From the NCBI GenBank assembly GCA_963840265.1, contig CAWIYA010000002.1, forward strand, positions 612,289 to 676,288: a DNA stretch of 64,000 bases. Reading direction: 5' to 3'. The stretch is from an uncultured Chloroflexia bacterium. GTDB lineage: Bacteria > Chloroflexota > Anaerolineae > Anaerolineales > Villigracilaceae. Shown here one piece after another: positions 9,762-18,625 of the stretch. Made by a program: the position numbers and the translations under genes. The notes below the pieces were generated by a model, which was given only the letters and a program-made list of their open reading frames with translations, was not told where the DNA came from and did no database searches. Every line of letters begins with the position of its first letter. Within the stretch, counting starts at the first letter, position 1.

Positions 9762-10496
9762 TTAATAAGCCACGCTGAGAAACATCGTAGCAAAGGACAT
9801 ATTCATCAGAACATGGACGATGGCTAAATAAGGCAGCATGCGCGGACGCCAATGGATAATTAATCCCGTCAGGAAAGCGAACGGTAAATACATCAGTCCA
9901 CGCCAAAGAATAAAACGAATATCAAAAAGAAGCGGCATGGTAATATGCTGAATACCAAGCATGAGTGCAGGTAAAGAAACAGCCAGCCATGGGCGGACCT
10001 GATTATTTTTTAGCACAGGCATGATGTAACCAAAATATGTGACAAGCTCAGCAAATCCTTGAGTAATGGGGAATAAAATGATTCCAATATATACCGCCCA
10101 AAACGGCAGGGTGCGAACAAACATATCCAGGGTCGCATTCGAGTCCCCGAATAGCCACCCACCTAACAAGATATTTGGGAGAATGGATACAGGTGCAAAT
10201 ATTATGGTAATTCCTAACAATGCCAGGAGATCACCTTTAACTCTGTGACGGTCGAACCGGAAAATGTCCAAGTATTGTTTTCCTTCGTCCCGGAAAACGC
10301 GGACCAGAATTACGACAGTAACCAGGTTTGCGATGGCTACAATGATCGGCCACCAATTGGCAGAAGTTTCCCATGCATTTTTGGAGCCTGCGAGATAAAA
10401 CCCGAGGGCAAAAATGGCTTGAATGAAGGCGAACAAGGTCAAACGTGAAAAAAGCATGAACCAGGGGGTTGAGGATTTGGAAGCTGGCGCGTCCAT
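9762..10496 (-). CDS. CPBP (Abi/CAAX-protease-like) intramembrane protease homologue with a partly degenerate motif 1
   Basis: 244 aa. It is a paralogue of 15071..15853. The His motifs LGIQHITM and IVHVLMNM are kept, but motif 1 reads FAELVTYFGY...PVL instead of EExxxR. Confidence 0.6.
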   Translation of the reverse strand: MDAPASKSSTPWFMLFSRLTLFAFIQAIFALGFYLAGSKNAWETSANWWPIIVAIANLVTVVILVRVFRDEGKQYLDIFRFDRHRVKGDLLALLGITIIFAPVSILPNILLGGWLFGDSNATLDMFVRTLPFWAVYIGIILFPITQGFAELVTYFGYIMPVLKNNQVRPWLAVSLPALMLGIQHITMPLLFDIRFILWRGLMYLPFAFLTGLIIHWRPRMLPYLAIVHVLMNMSFATMFLSVAY

Positions 10497-10585
10497 TTGA
10501 CATCTCCTTATTTAATACTATCTAAATTCTTTATCCAAACATTCCACCGTGTTTGGGGAATTTGGGAAATTGGGAATTGAATAGA

Positions 10586-10792
10586 TTAGTAAACTGGTGA
10601 ACCCACATTTCTGTTTTGAGAGGTAGACGACCGAAGCATTTGGAATTTTGAGTTGTAAGCATAATAATTAGGTGATTCCCTGGGCAAGAAGAATGAAAGC
10701 CGGGCAAACTGCATCAATTTGAGACCATAGGGGGGATATTCCTCTCCCAGACGGCGAGAACCTTTTCGAGGGAATTGGAGGCATGAGTACAA
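10586..10792 (-). pseudogene. N-terminal remnant of a CPBP paralogue
   Basis: PPYGLKLMQFARLSFFL...RNVGSPVY aligns with PRYGPMLMLFARSSFIL...RNWWPVY of 15071..15853. At DNA level, 10675..10705 matches 15723..15753 at 28 of 31 nt. There is no room for the remainder of the gene. Confidence 0.55.
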
Positions 10793-10830
10793 GCATTTGG
10801 GTATTTCTTGCTGGTGAATGGTCGAGATTT

Positions 10831-11742
10831 TCAGGAGAGAACCATCAGTGTCTCAATGATCGTTCTGATGTACTTGTGAATCAGTGAAATGTGACCTTCG
10901 CCGGGATAGAACATTGCTTCAACATTGGGAAGGTTCTGCGCCAGCATTCTACCGTGCGAAGCAAAGGGAGCGTTCACATCCTCTTCTCCGTGCCAGATGC
11001 AGACCTTGGTGCGGATGTCTTCGAGCCGGAATCCCCAGGGCTTCCAGTAGAGGGCACCAGCCTCGGCAACCCCCAGCCCACCCTGGCGGAGAGCCTCCAC
11101 GCCGCCATCCAAGTTGACCGCATTCACCTGTGGATGCGCCTGGATGAAAGCGAAATCCGCCTCGGCCATCATAGCTTTTTTGGCTGACTTGGGCAGCTGG
11201 TCGCGCGGGGCGTTTGCCAGAGTTTTTTTCATCATATTAAACATGAACCAGGTCAGGCGCGGATGGATGCGGGCAGTTGTCCACAACATGATGGTTGGCA
11301 TACCGTCAGTTGCGCCAGGCACGCCAAACGGCTGGGCAACCCCGCTCACCACGCCCACAGCTGTCAGGCGGTCCTGCAGCGCGTAGGCGCACGCTAAAGC
11401 ATAGGGACTGCCTGCTGAGTAACTCATCAATGCAAATTTATCGATGCGCAGGCCATCGGCGAGGCGGGCGACATCCTGCTGCCAATCGGTAAAGTGGTGT
11501 CGCGGCTGGTAGCTCGATAATCCGAAGCCGGGGCGGTCCACCGCAATGACACGAACGTTCAACTGCTTCGCGATCTCGTTGCCGTTGAAGCCGCCAAACT
11601 CGACCCGAGAACTAGGCCAACCATGAAAGTAGAACAGCGGTTTTCCTTGCGAAGCGCCATATTCGTCATATCCCAGCAAGCGGCCATCAGCCAGATGAAA
11701 GGTTTGTTGTTCGCGGTTGGTGTCTGCGGAAATTGTCCTCAT
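10831..11742 (-). CDS. alpha/beta-fold hydrolase
   Basis: 303 aa. It has an HGWPSS oxyanion-region motif, a nucleophile elbow SYSAGS, and a C-terminal GEGH. Confidence 0.75.
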   Translation of the reverse strand: MRTISADTNREQQTFHLADGRLLGYDEYGASQGKPLFYFHGWPSSRVEFGGFNGNEIAKQLNVRVIAVDRPGFGLSSYQPRHHFTDWQQDVARLADGLRIDKFALMSYSAGSPYALACAYALQDRLTAVGVVSGVAQPFGVPGATDGMPTIMLWTTARIHPRLTWFMFNMMKKTLANAPRDQLPKSAKKAMMAEADFAFIQAHPQVNAVNLDGGVEALRQGGLGVAEAGALYWKPWGFRLEDIRTKVCIWHGEEDVNAPFASHGRMLAQNLPNVEAMFYPGEGHISLIHKYIRTIIETLMVLS

Positions 11743-11750
11743 GGTCTATC

Positions 11751-12602
11751 TCAATTCCTGACAAGAGTGTCCTGTCGTTGGATTGGCAATTCTTCGACCG
11801 GCATCCGGGATAAATAGCGCGGCTTGAAAATGAAGAGTGTAGCCACAACAACCAGGAAAAGCAGTGGCCCGGCGGTCATATAGAAAAGCATTGCAGGCAT
11901 CAGACTCACAGCACCTGCGATAAGAGTCGAGGACAGGTTGTAGGTGAAATGCGCCAAGATGGTGATGACCACGCTGCCGCGCGTGTTGTTGTACAACCAG
12001 GTCAGGTAGAGCGTGATCGTTAGTACCAAGAACAGGTAGATGGGCATGGGGATGCCCATCTGCGTGGCGCCGGTCAGGTAAAAGAACGGCAGGTGCCAAA
12101 AGGTCCAGATCACGCCGAGGATCAGGCTGGATACCAAGGCATTGTATTTAGATTGTAAACGCGGCAGTGCAAAACCACGCCAGCCCAGTTCTTCCCCAAT
12201 CGGGCCGGAAAAAAGCTGGAAAACGATGATCCCCAGCAGGGAGGATGTTGTCACGCCCGGCTTGAGGCCCGCGGCCGGATGTCCCAGCGCAATATAGACC
12301 AGTGCAATTACCAACGGACCGAGCAACAAGAACGCGGCAGCGAAATACCACCTCAACCCCACCTTCCAGCGTGTAATGCCAGCCAGCAAACGCTTTACAT
12401 TGCTCCATCCGCCAGTGATCCCTGAAATGATCAGACCGCTGATGGTTGGGCTGAAGATGCCAAGCGCCCACACCAGCGACCAGGGTTGCAGGGGTTTTCC
12501 CGGTTGAAGGAAGATATACCCGAACATGACGCCAAACATGATCCCGTACGCGAGAACAAAAAACGAGACGAGTTGATGTTTATTAATCCAGTTTTTCATC
12601 AT
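11751..12602 (-). CDS. CPBP family intramembrane metalloprotease
   Basis: 283 aa. Canonical motifs are present: GEELGWRGFALPRL, WTFWHLPF and LAHFTYNL. Confidence 0.85.
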   Translation of the reverse strand: MMKNWINKHQLVSFFVLAYGIMFGVMFGYIFLQPGKPLQPWSLVWALGIFSPTISGLIISGITGGWSNVKRLLAGITRWKVGLRWYFAAAFLLLGPLVIALVYIALGHPAAGLKPGVTTSSLLGIIVFQLFSGPIGEELGWRGFALPRLQSKYNALVSSLILGVIWTFWHLPFFYLTGATQMGIPMPIYLFLVLTITLYLTWLYNNTRGSVVITILAHFTYNLSSTLIAGAVSLMPAMLFYMTAGPLLFLVVVATLFIFKPRYLSRMPVEELPIQRQDTLVRN

Positions 12603-12647
12603 TTTTGACTCCTTTTTCGACTACCCACAGGATACCGCCCATCAATC

Positions 12648-12700
12648 AAAACTCCCCCTGCTAAATGGGGAGTTTTTTACTGTCCGAATGGACAGGTTTG
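12648..12700 (-). repeat. box + GC-hairpin element, copy A
   Basis: Gene-sense sequence: CAAACCTGTCCATTCGGACAGTAAAAAACTCCCCATTTAGCAGGGGGAGTTTT. The box ends about 77 nt upstream of start 12602. Confidence 0.7.
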
Positions 12701-12753
12701 TCACTCTTCGAAATTTTCTCAATATCTCCGCTTTTTGATTATGCAATACCTTA

Positions 12754-14259
12754 TTATGGTACTTGTGTGGTGAACTTAATCCCATCGCGGTTGCACACCC
12801 TGCGGATCACATCCCGAGAGGAACGAGCTGAAGGAAAGATACCGCCTCCAGGATACAGCCACATGCCCACCTGGTAACAGCCATCCAGACCCGGCAACAA
12901 GGGAGAAAATCCTTTTGCAGCATAGGTTGCCGTCTGCGGGGTGGCTGCGAACGATTGCTTAGCCCCTTGGTGGGCGGCTGTATAGCGCTCGAAGGTCAGC
13001 GGTGTGGCAACATCACTCATTTCCACATCAGTGCGAATGCCAGGGAAGCGCTTTTCAAGATGTTCGATCAAGGCATCCACCGCGGCTTGTTTTTCCGCTT
13101 TGTATCGGGAGGAATCACCGGAGACCTGTTTCCAGAAATCGTAGCCTGTAGGGATGCGCGCTACGATCACTGTATGACCAGGGGGAGCAGTTGTCGCATC
13201 ATAGTTGAAGATGTGATACCACAATGCTTCCTGTTCCCGTCCGCCGATTGTGGTCGGTGAAGACAGAAGGTCAACTTGCGAGTGGGCAACGCCTCCCAGG
13301 TCACGGTTTACCCCCAGCGAAACCTGGATAATGGCTGTGTTCAGTGGGAGTTTGGCATATCGTTCCCGTAGCTCGTCATCCAGGAAGTGCCCATCCAGCA
13401 GGTGATAGAGGGTATTGTAACCATCGCAGGCCGCGATGACCCAATCGCCCTGTATTTCGCGACCATCAGTCAACCGCAGCCCAACAGCCCGCGCTACCTG
13501 GCGATCCGAGAGCTTATCGGTAAGAATTTTTTCAACGCATGTCTTATAGTGAATCTGCCCACCCAGCGCAAGGAAGCGCTGCTCCACGGCTTCGGCAAAA
13601 GCTTGGGAACCACCGATCGGATAGCCTTGTGATTTGGTAACCGTCCAGGCGAGCATTCCGATCACACTGCCCATCGGTAGTTCCCCCGGCTGGATGTGGG
13701 CAAAGGTATCCCGCAGGAAGTTCGAACGGAAGCGCCGGGCAAATTCGACCACACTCTCACGGCTGTATTTGTTGTAAGTATTCAACCATCTGAGGAAACG
13801 TGGCAGTTCCAGTATCATTTCCAATGGATTGACATCCAGTGGCGGGTCAAAAGCCATCATTGCGCGTACCGCCTCGACGAACTCATGGATCAGGGGCGTG
13901 TCGATCGGTGAAATGGTCAACAGGTGCTTTTCCAGTTTTTTTAAATCGCCGTAGAGTACCAGTTCCTGTCCATCCGGGCTTTTCACTCGCACCATTTCAT
14001 CATGATCTATAAATGCTCTCCCTTGGACTGCGCCTACTTCCTGCCACATTCGATTGAATCGCGATGAAGAGCGGCTTCCATTAAGGAATTCGATGCAGCC
14101 ATCTATCCGGTAACCGTCCCTGGTCCAAGCAGTGACTAAACCACCAGGGCGATCTTGCATTTCGAAGATATGTGCCTGGTAGCCGTTCATTTGTGCATAG
14201 CATCCAGCAGCAAGCCCGGAGATGCCACCGCCAACGATTAGGATGGATTTTTGGGTCAT
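12754..14259 (-). CDS. FAD-dependent oxidoreductase (phytoene desaturase/amine oxidase-like fold)
   Basis: 501 aa. The dinucleotide-binding motif is ILIVGGGISGLAAG. The start is set at ATG 14259, with an AGGAG RBS. Confidence 0.75.
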   Translation of the reverse strand: MTQKSILIVGGGISGLAAGCYAQMNGYQAHIFEMQDRPGGLVTAWTRDGYRIDGCIEFLNGSRSSSRFNRMWQEVGAVQGRAFIDHDEMVRVKSPDGQELVLYGDLKKLEKHLLTISPIDTPLIHEFVEAVRAMMAFDPPLDVNPLEMILELPRFLRWLNTYNKYSRESVVEFARRFRSNFLRDTFAHIQPGELPMGSVIGMLAWTVTKSQGYPIGGSQAFAEAVEQRFLALGGQIHYKTCVEKILTDKLSDRQVARAVGLRLTDGREIQGDWVIAACDGYNTLYHLLDGHFLDDELRERYAKLPLNTAIIQVSLGVNRDLGGVAHSQVDLLSSPTTIGGREQEALWYHIFNYDATTAPPGHTVIVARIPTGYDFWKQVSGDSSRYKAEKQAAVDALIEHLEKRFPGIRTDVEMSDVATPLTFERYTAAHQGAKQSFAATPQTATYAAKGFSPLLPGLDGCYQVGMWLYPGGGIFPSARSSRDVIRRVCNRDGIKFTTQVP

Positions 14260-14302
14260 GGTTTGCTCCTGCGGTTCTTTCTGTGGAATAGATGATAACA
14301 AC

Positions 14303-15061
14303 TTATGAATTTGCCTTAAGGTTCTGCCTGGCCTTATTTGCCATCTTGGACATCATTTTTCCCATCTGGACGCGCATGTGATAGCTCATCCACAATTGGA
14401 ACCCGTTGACCAACCCTGAAACAATCACCGGACCTTTCTTCCCAACAAGTTTTGCCAATCCGCGCCCGACAGTATTAGGGTCGGCCATCATTTGAGGTGG
14501 GACTCCAAACCCTGCGGCTGATTGTGTTCGTGTTAGTGGCGGATGCATCACATTAAATGTAATGCCATCAGGCGCATATTCAAGTGCCAGGGTACGAGTG
14601 AGTGACTCGATCGCCCCTTTGCTTGAGGTATATCCGCTCATACCGGGCATGCCTGTAAAGCCAACACCCGAACTAAGATTGTGGACCATCCCATATCCCT
14701 GCTTCTGCATGATCGGGAGAACAGCATGTATCATGTTAAGATACCCAAAATAGTTAACCTCCATCTCCCGCCGAATATCATCTATTGTGCGTTCATCAAA
14801 TCGTTTGAACAAGGCAAAACAAGCGTTGTTGACCAGGACATCCACACTGCCCCACTGATGAATGACCCCATTCACAAGGGACTGGACGATGGCGGAATCA
14901 GTGACATCACAGACGAATGAAAGGAGATTGTGATTTGTTGAATCGAGGTTTCCAATGGAAAGGTCGAGTGCAGCGACACGGTCTCCCCTTTCCAATAAGC
15001 TGTTCGCCATCGACAATCCAATGCTATTGTTGGCACCTGTGATAATAATGGTTCGATTCAT
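14303..15061 (-). CDS. SDR family oxidoreductase
   Basis: 252 aa. It has the ITGANNSIG cofactor motif and the YTSSK catalytic motif. Confidence 0.85.
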   Translation of the reverse strand: MNRTIIITGANNSIGLSMANSLLERGDRVAALDLSIGNLDSTNHNLLSFVCDVTDSAIVQSLVNGVIHQWGSVDVLVNNACFALFKRFDERTIDDIRREMEVNYFGYLNMIHAVLPIMQKQGYGMVHNLSSGVGFTGMPGMSGYTSSKGAIESLTRTLALEYAPDGITFNVMHPPLTRTQSAAGFGVPPQMMADPNTVGRGLAKLVGKKGPVIVSGLVNGFQLWMSYHMRVQMGKMMSKMANKARQNLKANS

Positions 15062-15070
15062 GTCTTTCCT

Positions 15071-15853
15071 CTATCCGACCTGGTACAAAAATAAAACATT
15101 CGAAAGATCCATCAGCCAATGTGCAACGATAAGCGGTGGCAGACGACGGATGCGCAGATAGACCAGTACCATCGCAATGGAAAGCGGGACGAAGGCGAGA
15201 AACATATAGAACCCGAACTGGAAACCGGCTAGCATCAGGAAACTGTGCTGGATGGCAAAGAAGAAAGAAACCACCGCTACCGATTTCCAACGGGATTTGG
15301 TCAAGGCAAGCAGCCGCGGCAGGGCATAGCCGTTATAGGTCATTTCTTCGGTGGCAGACCAAAGCGGCCACCAGAGAATCCGGGCGTAAAGCAACGCAAA
15401 CAATGGTAGGATGCGCGTGAACGTGTATTCCGGAAATTCTGGATTGAGTGTGCCGTATGCGATCAACTTTGCCAGCATCCCGCCACCAAAGATAGTTATG
15501 GGAGCAATCACCAAAAATAATCCCAGCCCAAGCGGGATTTCGGTTTTTAGTTTGGTTTTTACTAATTCGAGCAAGTCGAACAGGCGAATCCCTTCCCGCC
15601 TGGTCAACAACATTAATAGTCCCAGGCAGCCGAAATCTACCAAGGTGCCGTACACTGGCCACCAGTTACGGATGACAACCGATGCATTTGAAACCTTGAG
15701 TTGCATAAACAGTAGATAAGTTATTCCCTGGGCAAGTAGAATGAAAGACGAGCGCGCAAACAACATCAGCATGGGGCCGTAGCGCGGGATTCGGCCCGCT
15801 GCGAGACGGGATTGAACCGCTTGTTGCGAGTTTAAGGAAGGATCAGTTTGCAT
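15071..15853 (-). CDS. CPBP family intramembrane metalloprotease
   Basis: 260 aa. Motifs: ATEEMTYNGYALPRL, FAIQHSF and VAHWLMDL. An AAGGAGA RBS lies upstream. Confidence 0.8.
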   Translation of the reverse strand: MQTDPSLNSQQAVQSRLAAGRIPRYGPMLMLFARSSFILLAQGITYLLFMQLKVSNASVVIRNWWPVYGTLVDFGCLGLLMLLTRREGIRLFDLLELVKTKLKTEIPLGLGLFLVIAPITIFGGGMLAKLIAYGTLNPEFPEYTFTRILPLFALLYARILWWPLWSATEEMTYNGYALPRLLALTKSRWKSVAVVSFFFAIQHSFLMLAGFQFGFYMFLAFVPLSIAMVLVYLRIRRLPPLIVAHWLMDLSNVLFLYQVG

Positions 15854-15889
15854 GGCAATCTCCTTTCATCAAAGAATAGCATTCTAGTT

Positions 15890-15942
15890 AAAAAATAACC
15901 CCCTACCAGAGGGGGGGTTTGTACTAGTCAGGTGGACAGGTG
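15890..15942 (-). repeat. box + GC-hairpin element, copy C (overlaps the stop of the upstream gene; the hairpin also works as a terminator)
   Basis: Gene-sense sequence: CACCTGTCCACCTGACTAGTACAAACCCCCCCTCTGGTAGGGGGTTATTTTTT. The box ends about 68 nt upstream of start 15853. Confidence 0.65.
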
Positions 15943-16572
15943 ACGATTGAAAGAAATGATCAGCAGGATACATAAAAAGATAAATCCAGGGCCCCACGCA
16001 AGTGCACCCACATAAGTAAGCCAGGTGATCCCCAGTGGCAAAGCCAGGACAGAAACCAGGCACAGGATTCCATTCCCTGCTAGAGTCCATGAAAGAAGTC
16101 TTTCAAACCGACCGCCATTGAAAACAGGGGTGAGGAATATAAATGCCAGTCCTAAGAAAAAGCCCCAGGCGAGATTCTCCATTCCGGTCATGATTGAGTA
16201 TGCACCATAGGGAGTAAACCAATCGATTCCACTGCTTTTACCCATATACAATCCTGGGCGAACAATTGCCAGATGGGTAAATCGGTTTATGCTGGTTACG
16301 CCAGCAAAGAGAGTGGCAAAGGCGAGTGCAATCAAACTCAGAAGTTTCCGGTCATCGGGGGTACAGGCGTGGATTACTGCAAATAGGATCAAGATCACAA
16401 TTCCAGAAAGCAGACTGATGATACTGATGAGCATCCCATAAGGCTCAACAGGTGGAAACCCAGATGAAGAAGAAGCAGTTGCCACCATGGCACCGAGATA
16501 AGCCAGAGCCAGAACGACACCGCTTATTGAAATCCAAATTCCAAAGCGAAGATTATATTTAGTAGCGTTCAT
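15928..16572 (-). CDS. polytopic membrane protein, unknown function
   Basis: 214 aa, about 6 hydrophobic segments. I recognise no family motif. Confidence 0.55.
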   Translation of the reverse strand: MNATKYNLRFGIWISISGVVLALAYLGAMVATASSSSGFPPVEPYGMLISIISLLSGIVILILFAVIHACTPDDRKLLSLIALAFATLFAGVTSINRFTHLAIVRPGLYMGKSSGIDWFTPYGAYSIMTGMENLAWGFFLGLAFIFLTPVFNGGRFERLLSWTLAGNGILCLVSVLALPLGITWLTYVGALAWGPGFIFLCILLIISFNRHLST

Positions 16573-16587
16573 AGGGAGTATCTCTCT

Positions 16588-17796
16588 TCAGGATAATGTC
16601 TTGCCAAGTTGTTCAACTTCATTTTTCCAGGCATAGACATGGCGCAAGCTTTCCTCCAATTTGGAGGGATCTTTTTCATACCCTTTAGCCAACTCTGCGA
16701 GGTGATTGTAATAATCGGCAAGCTTTTCCAATGGCGGCTGCACAATCGGGCCGTTTCCACGCAATCTTTCTTCCAACCGAGCCAGCACCTCCAGCCATTC
16801 TTCGATCGGCATGCCGGCGATTTTTTTGAAATCACGGATGGCCCACTGCCGTTCAAATATGGAGCGATGCTTCCAATCATCTGACTGCGTTTTTAGGTTA
16901 AGGAGCACTCGCCCACATTGTTCCAGAGCTTGTCCCCTTTTTTCTGTGCTGATCGTAGTTGCTGTCCCTCCCGATTCCACAGTCCCAAATTGAATATCTG
17001 CTGCCTTGAGAGCCTGGGTTGAGGAAATCTCCTGCCCACGGAATTTTCCGGCAAAGACAATTGAGGCGGCAAATCCTGCTCCAGCTTCCTCAATTGTCAG
17101 CAAGGCATTCTTGTTCAGCTTGTAGAATTCATCCAAGCTCATTCCCATAAGGGGTGCCAGTTGAGAGACGGCATTTGAAGCTGTCTCGGTCGGTACTAGA
17201 CCTGGTCCAATCGTAAATGCATTCACATCAGTGCCTTCCAATTCAGCGTCAATTGTGTTGGCAAGGTGTACCTGGGCGGCTTTAAAGGTCTCATACCCTC
17301 CCAGGAAAGCGGTGCCTGTTGAAGAAACACAAATGAATGCACCGTGGTTGCGTTTTATCATGCCTGGCAGAAATGTGCGGGCCATCAACACGGGACCGCG
17401 CAGGTTAACACGATAACTTGCATCCCATTTTTCGATTGATAAATCCTTAACCGCACCCAATACTGCAATAGTGGCATTGTTGAGTACCACGTCGACTTTG
17501 CCAAAACAACGCAACGATTCAACGTACAGGTTTTGCACATTGACCTCATCCCCCACATCAGTATGGACAAAAAGAACTCGTCCTCTATCGAATTCGTTTC
17601 CTAGATTCTGGGCTGCATTTTCGCCGTTAACCTGGTTGATCTCGGCAATGATCACGTTGGCGCCCAGCCAAAGCAATGCGCGGGCAGTCTCGAACCCGAT
17701 CCCTCCTCCAGCTCCGGTTACTACGACCGTTTCGCCATGCAATTGGTCGACCTCAAGACCTACTTTGGAAATGACCATCATATTGTTTTGCATCAC
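16588..17796 (-). CDS. SDR family oxidoreductase with a ~130-aa C-terminal helical extension
   Basis: 402 aa. The N-terminal part has VVVTGAGGGIG and an SDR core, followed by a charged helical tail of unknown family. Confidence 0.75.
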   Translation of the reverse strand: MMQNNMMVISKVGLEVDQLHGETVVVTGAGGGIGFETARALLWLGANVIIAEINQVNGENAAQNLGNEFDRGRVLFVHTDVGDEVNVQNLYVESLRCFGKVDVVLNNATIAVLGAVKDLSIEKWDASYRVNLRGPVLMARTFLPGMIKRNHGAFICVSSTGTAFLGGYETFKAAQVHLANTIDAELEGTDVNAFTIGPGLVPTETASNAVSQLAPLMGMSLDEFYKLNKNALLTIEEAGAGFAASIVFAGKFRGQEISSTQALKAADIQFGTVESGGTATTISTEKRGQALEQCGRVLLNLKTQSDDWKHRSIFERQWAIRDFKKIAGMPIEEWLEVLARLEERLRGNGPIVQPPLEKLADYYNHLAELAKGYEKDPSKLEESLRHVYAWKNEVEQLGKTLS

Positions 17797-17836
17797 TTAG
17801 TCTCCAATAATTTCGATTTGATAAAAGCGCTCAGGA

Positions 17837-18544
17837 TTAAAACAAGATAACCACCAGATTCATTGCAGCATGCAACAATATCGATGGATAAACGCTCTCA
17901 GTCTTATAGCGAGCATACCCATATACAACACCCCAAATGGTCGCATTGAGGACCTGGATTGCAACAAAATTAATTGGGACGCCTGCTGCCAAATTATTAG
18001 CATGCAAAAGGCCAAATGTAATTCCACCCAGCCAGACCGACAATTGATTGCTGGTATTCTCAGAGTAAAGGACTCGAAAAGCCCAGAGAAGTGCACTGAA
18101 AACAAGGCCGCGCCAGAATATCTCTTCCACGAGGGGCACTGTGATCACTTCGGTCACCAGCCATTGGTTTCCGCTATAAGGTGTCGTGCTACCTGTCAAC
18201 CACAAGTAAGCAGCAATAACTCCGCAGTTGGCGAATACCATGATCAGCAGCATGAGCCAATGCTCACGTAACTTTCCGACCTTGAAACCAAGTTGCCGCG
18301 GCCGCCAAAGAATTAACGGAATTATGAGGATTATCAGGTGTAAACGCGAAACTACTCCCCACAGATTGGCCAACCAGGCAGATGTTCCCACATTGGGGAA
18401 GTGTGCATCGGCGAACTTGAAATATGCATTATCAACCACCAGGAAGACGACGGTGAAGGTAGCAATTGCTAGTAGAATTAAAACCGTAAATTTGAGTTTT
18501 CTCGATCCAGGCATTGGATTGATTGCTGTCACAATATTGTTCAT
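17837..18544 (-). CDS. CPBP family intramembrane metalloprotease
   Basis: 235 aa. Motifs: LVEEIFWRGLVF, FGLLHANN and LLHAAMNL. Confidence 0.85.
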   Translation of the reverse strand: MNNIVTAINPMPGSRKLKFTVLILLAIATFTVVFLVVDNAYFKFADAHFPNVGTSAWLANLWGVVSRLHLIILIIPLILWRPRQLGFKVGKLREHWLMLLIMVFANCGVIAAYLWLTGSTTPYSGNQWLVTEVITVPLVEEIFWRGLVFSALLWAFRVLYSENTSNQLSVWLGGITFGLLHANNLAAGVPINFVAIQVLNATIWGVVYGYARYKTESVYPSILLHAAMNLVVILF

Positions 18545-18625
18545 TAAAATTCCTTTCGTAAAAAATAATAAATGTCTGCTTTGTTTCGGTGGGGAAAATT
18601 TGCTTCTCGCACTTTCTGGAAAATC

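Noticed and set aside
9280-9906. Longer N-terminal extensions offered by the ORF track (9280..9906, 12754..14301, 47422..48678, 45643..46854, 5732..6712, 4703..5428).
   Set aside because: The extensions overlap upstream genes or lack an RBS. Internal ATG codons with good Shine-Dalgarno sequences give proteins that start where family homology starts.
10590-10615. A box-like sequence TTCACCAGTTTAC resembling part of the box-hairpin element, upstream of CPBP 9762..10496. A weaker one lies at 5465..5490.
   Set aside because: The first is explained as the coding remnant (..RNVGSPVY) of the CPBP pseudogene. Both lack the CCTRTCC half, the TAAAAAC segment and the GGCAGGG hairpin.
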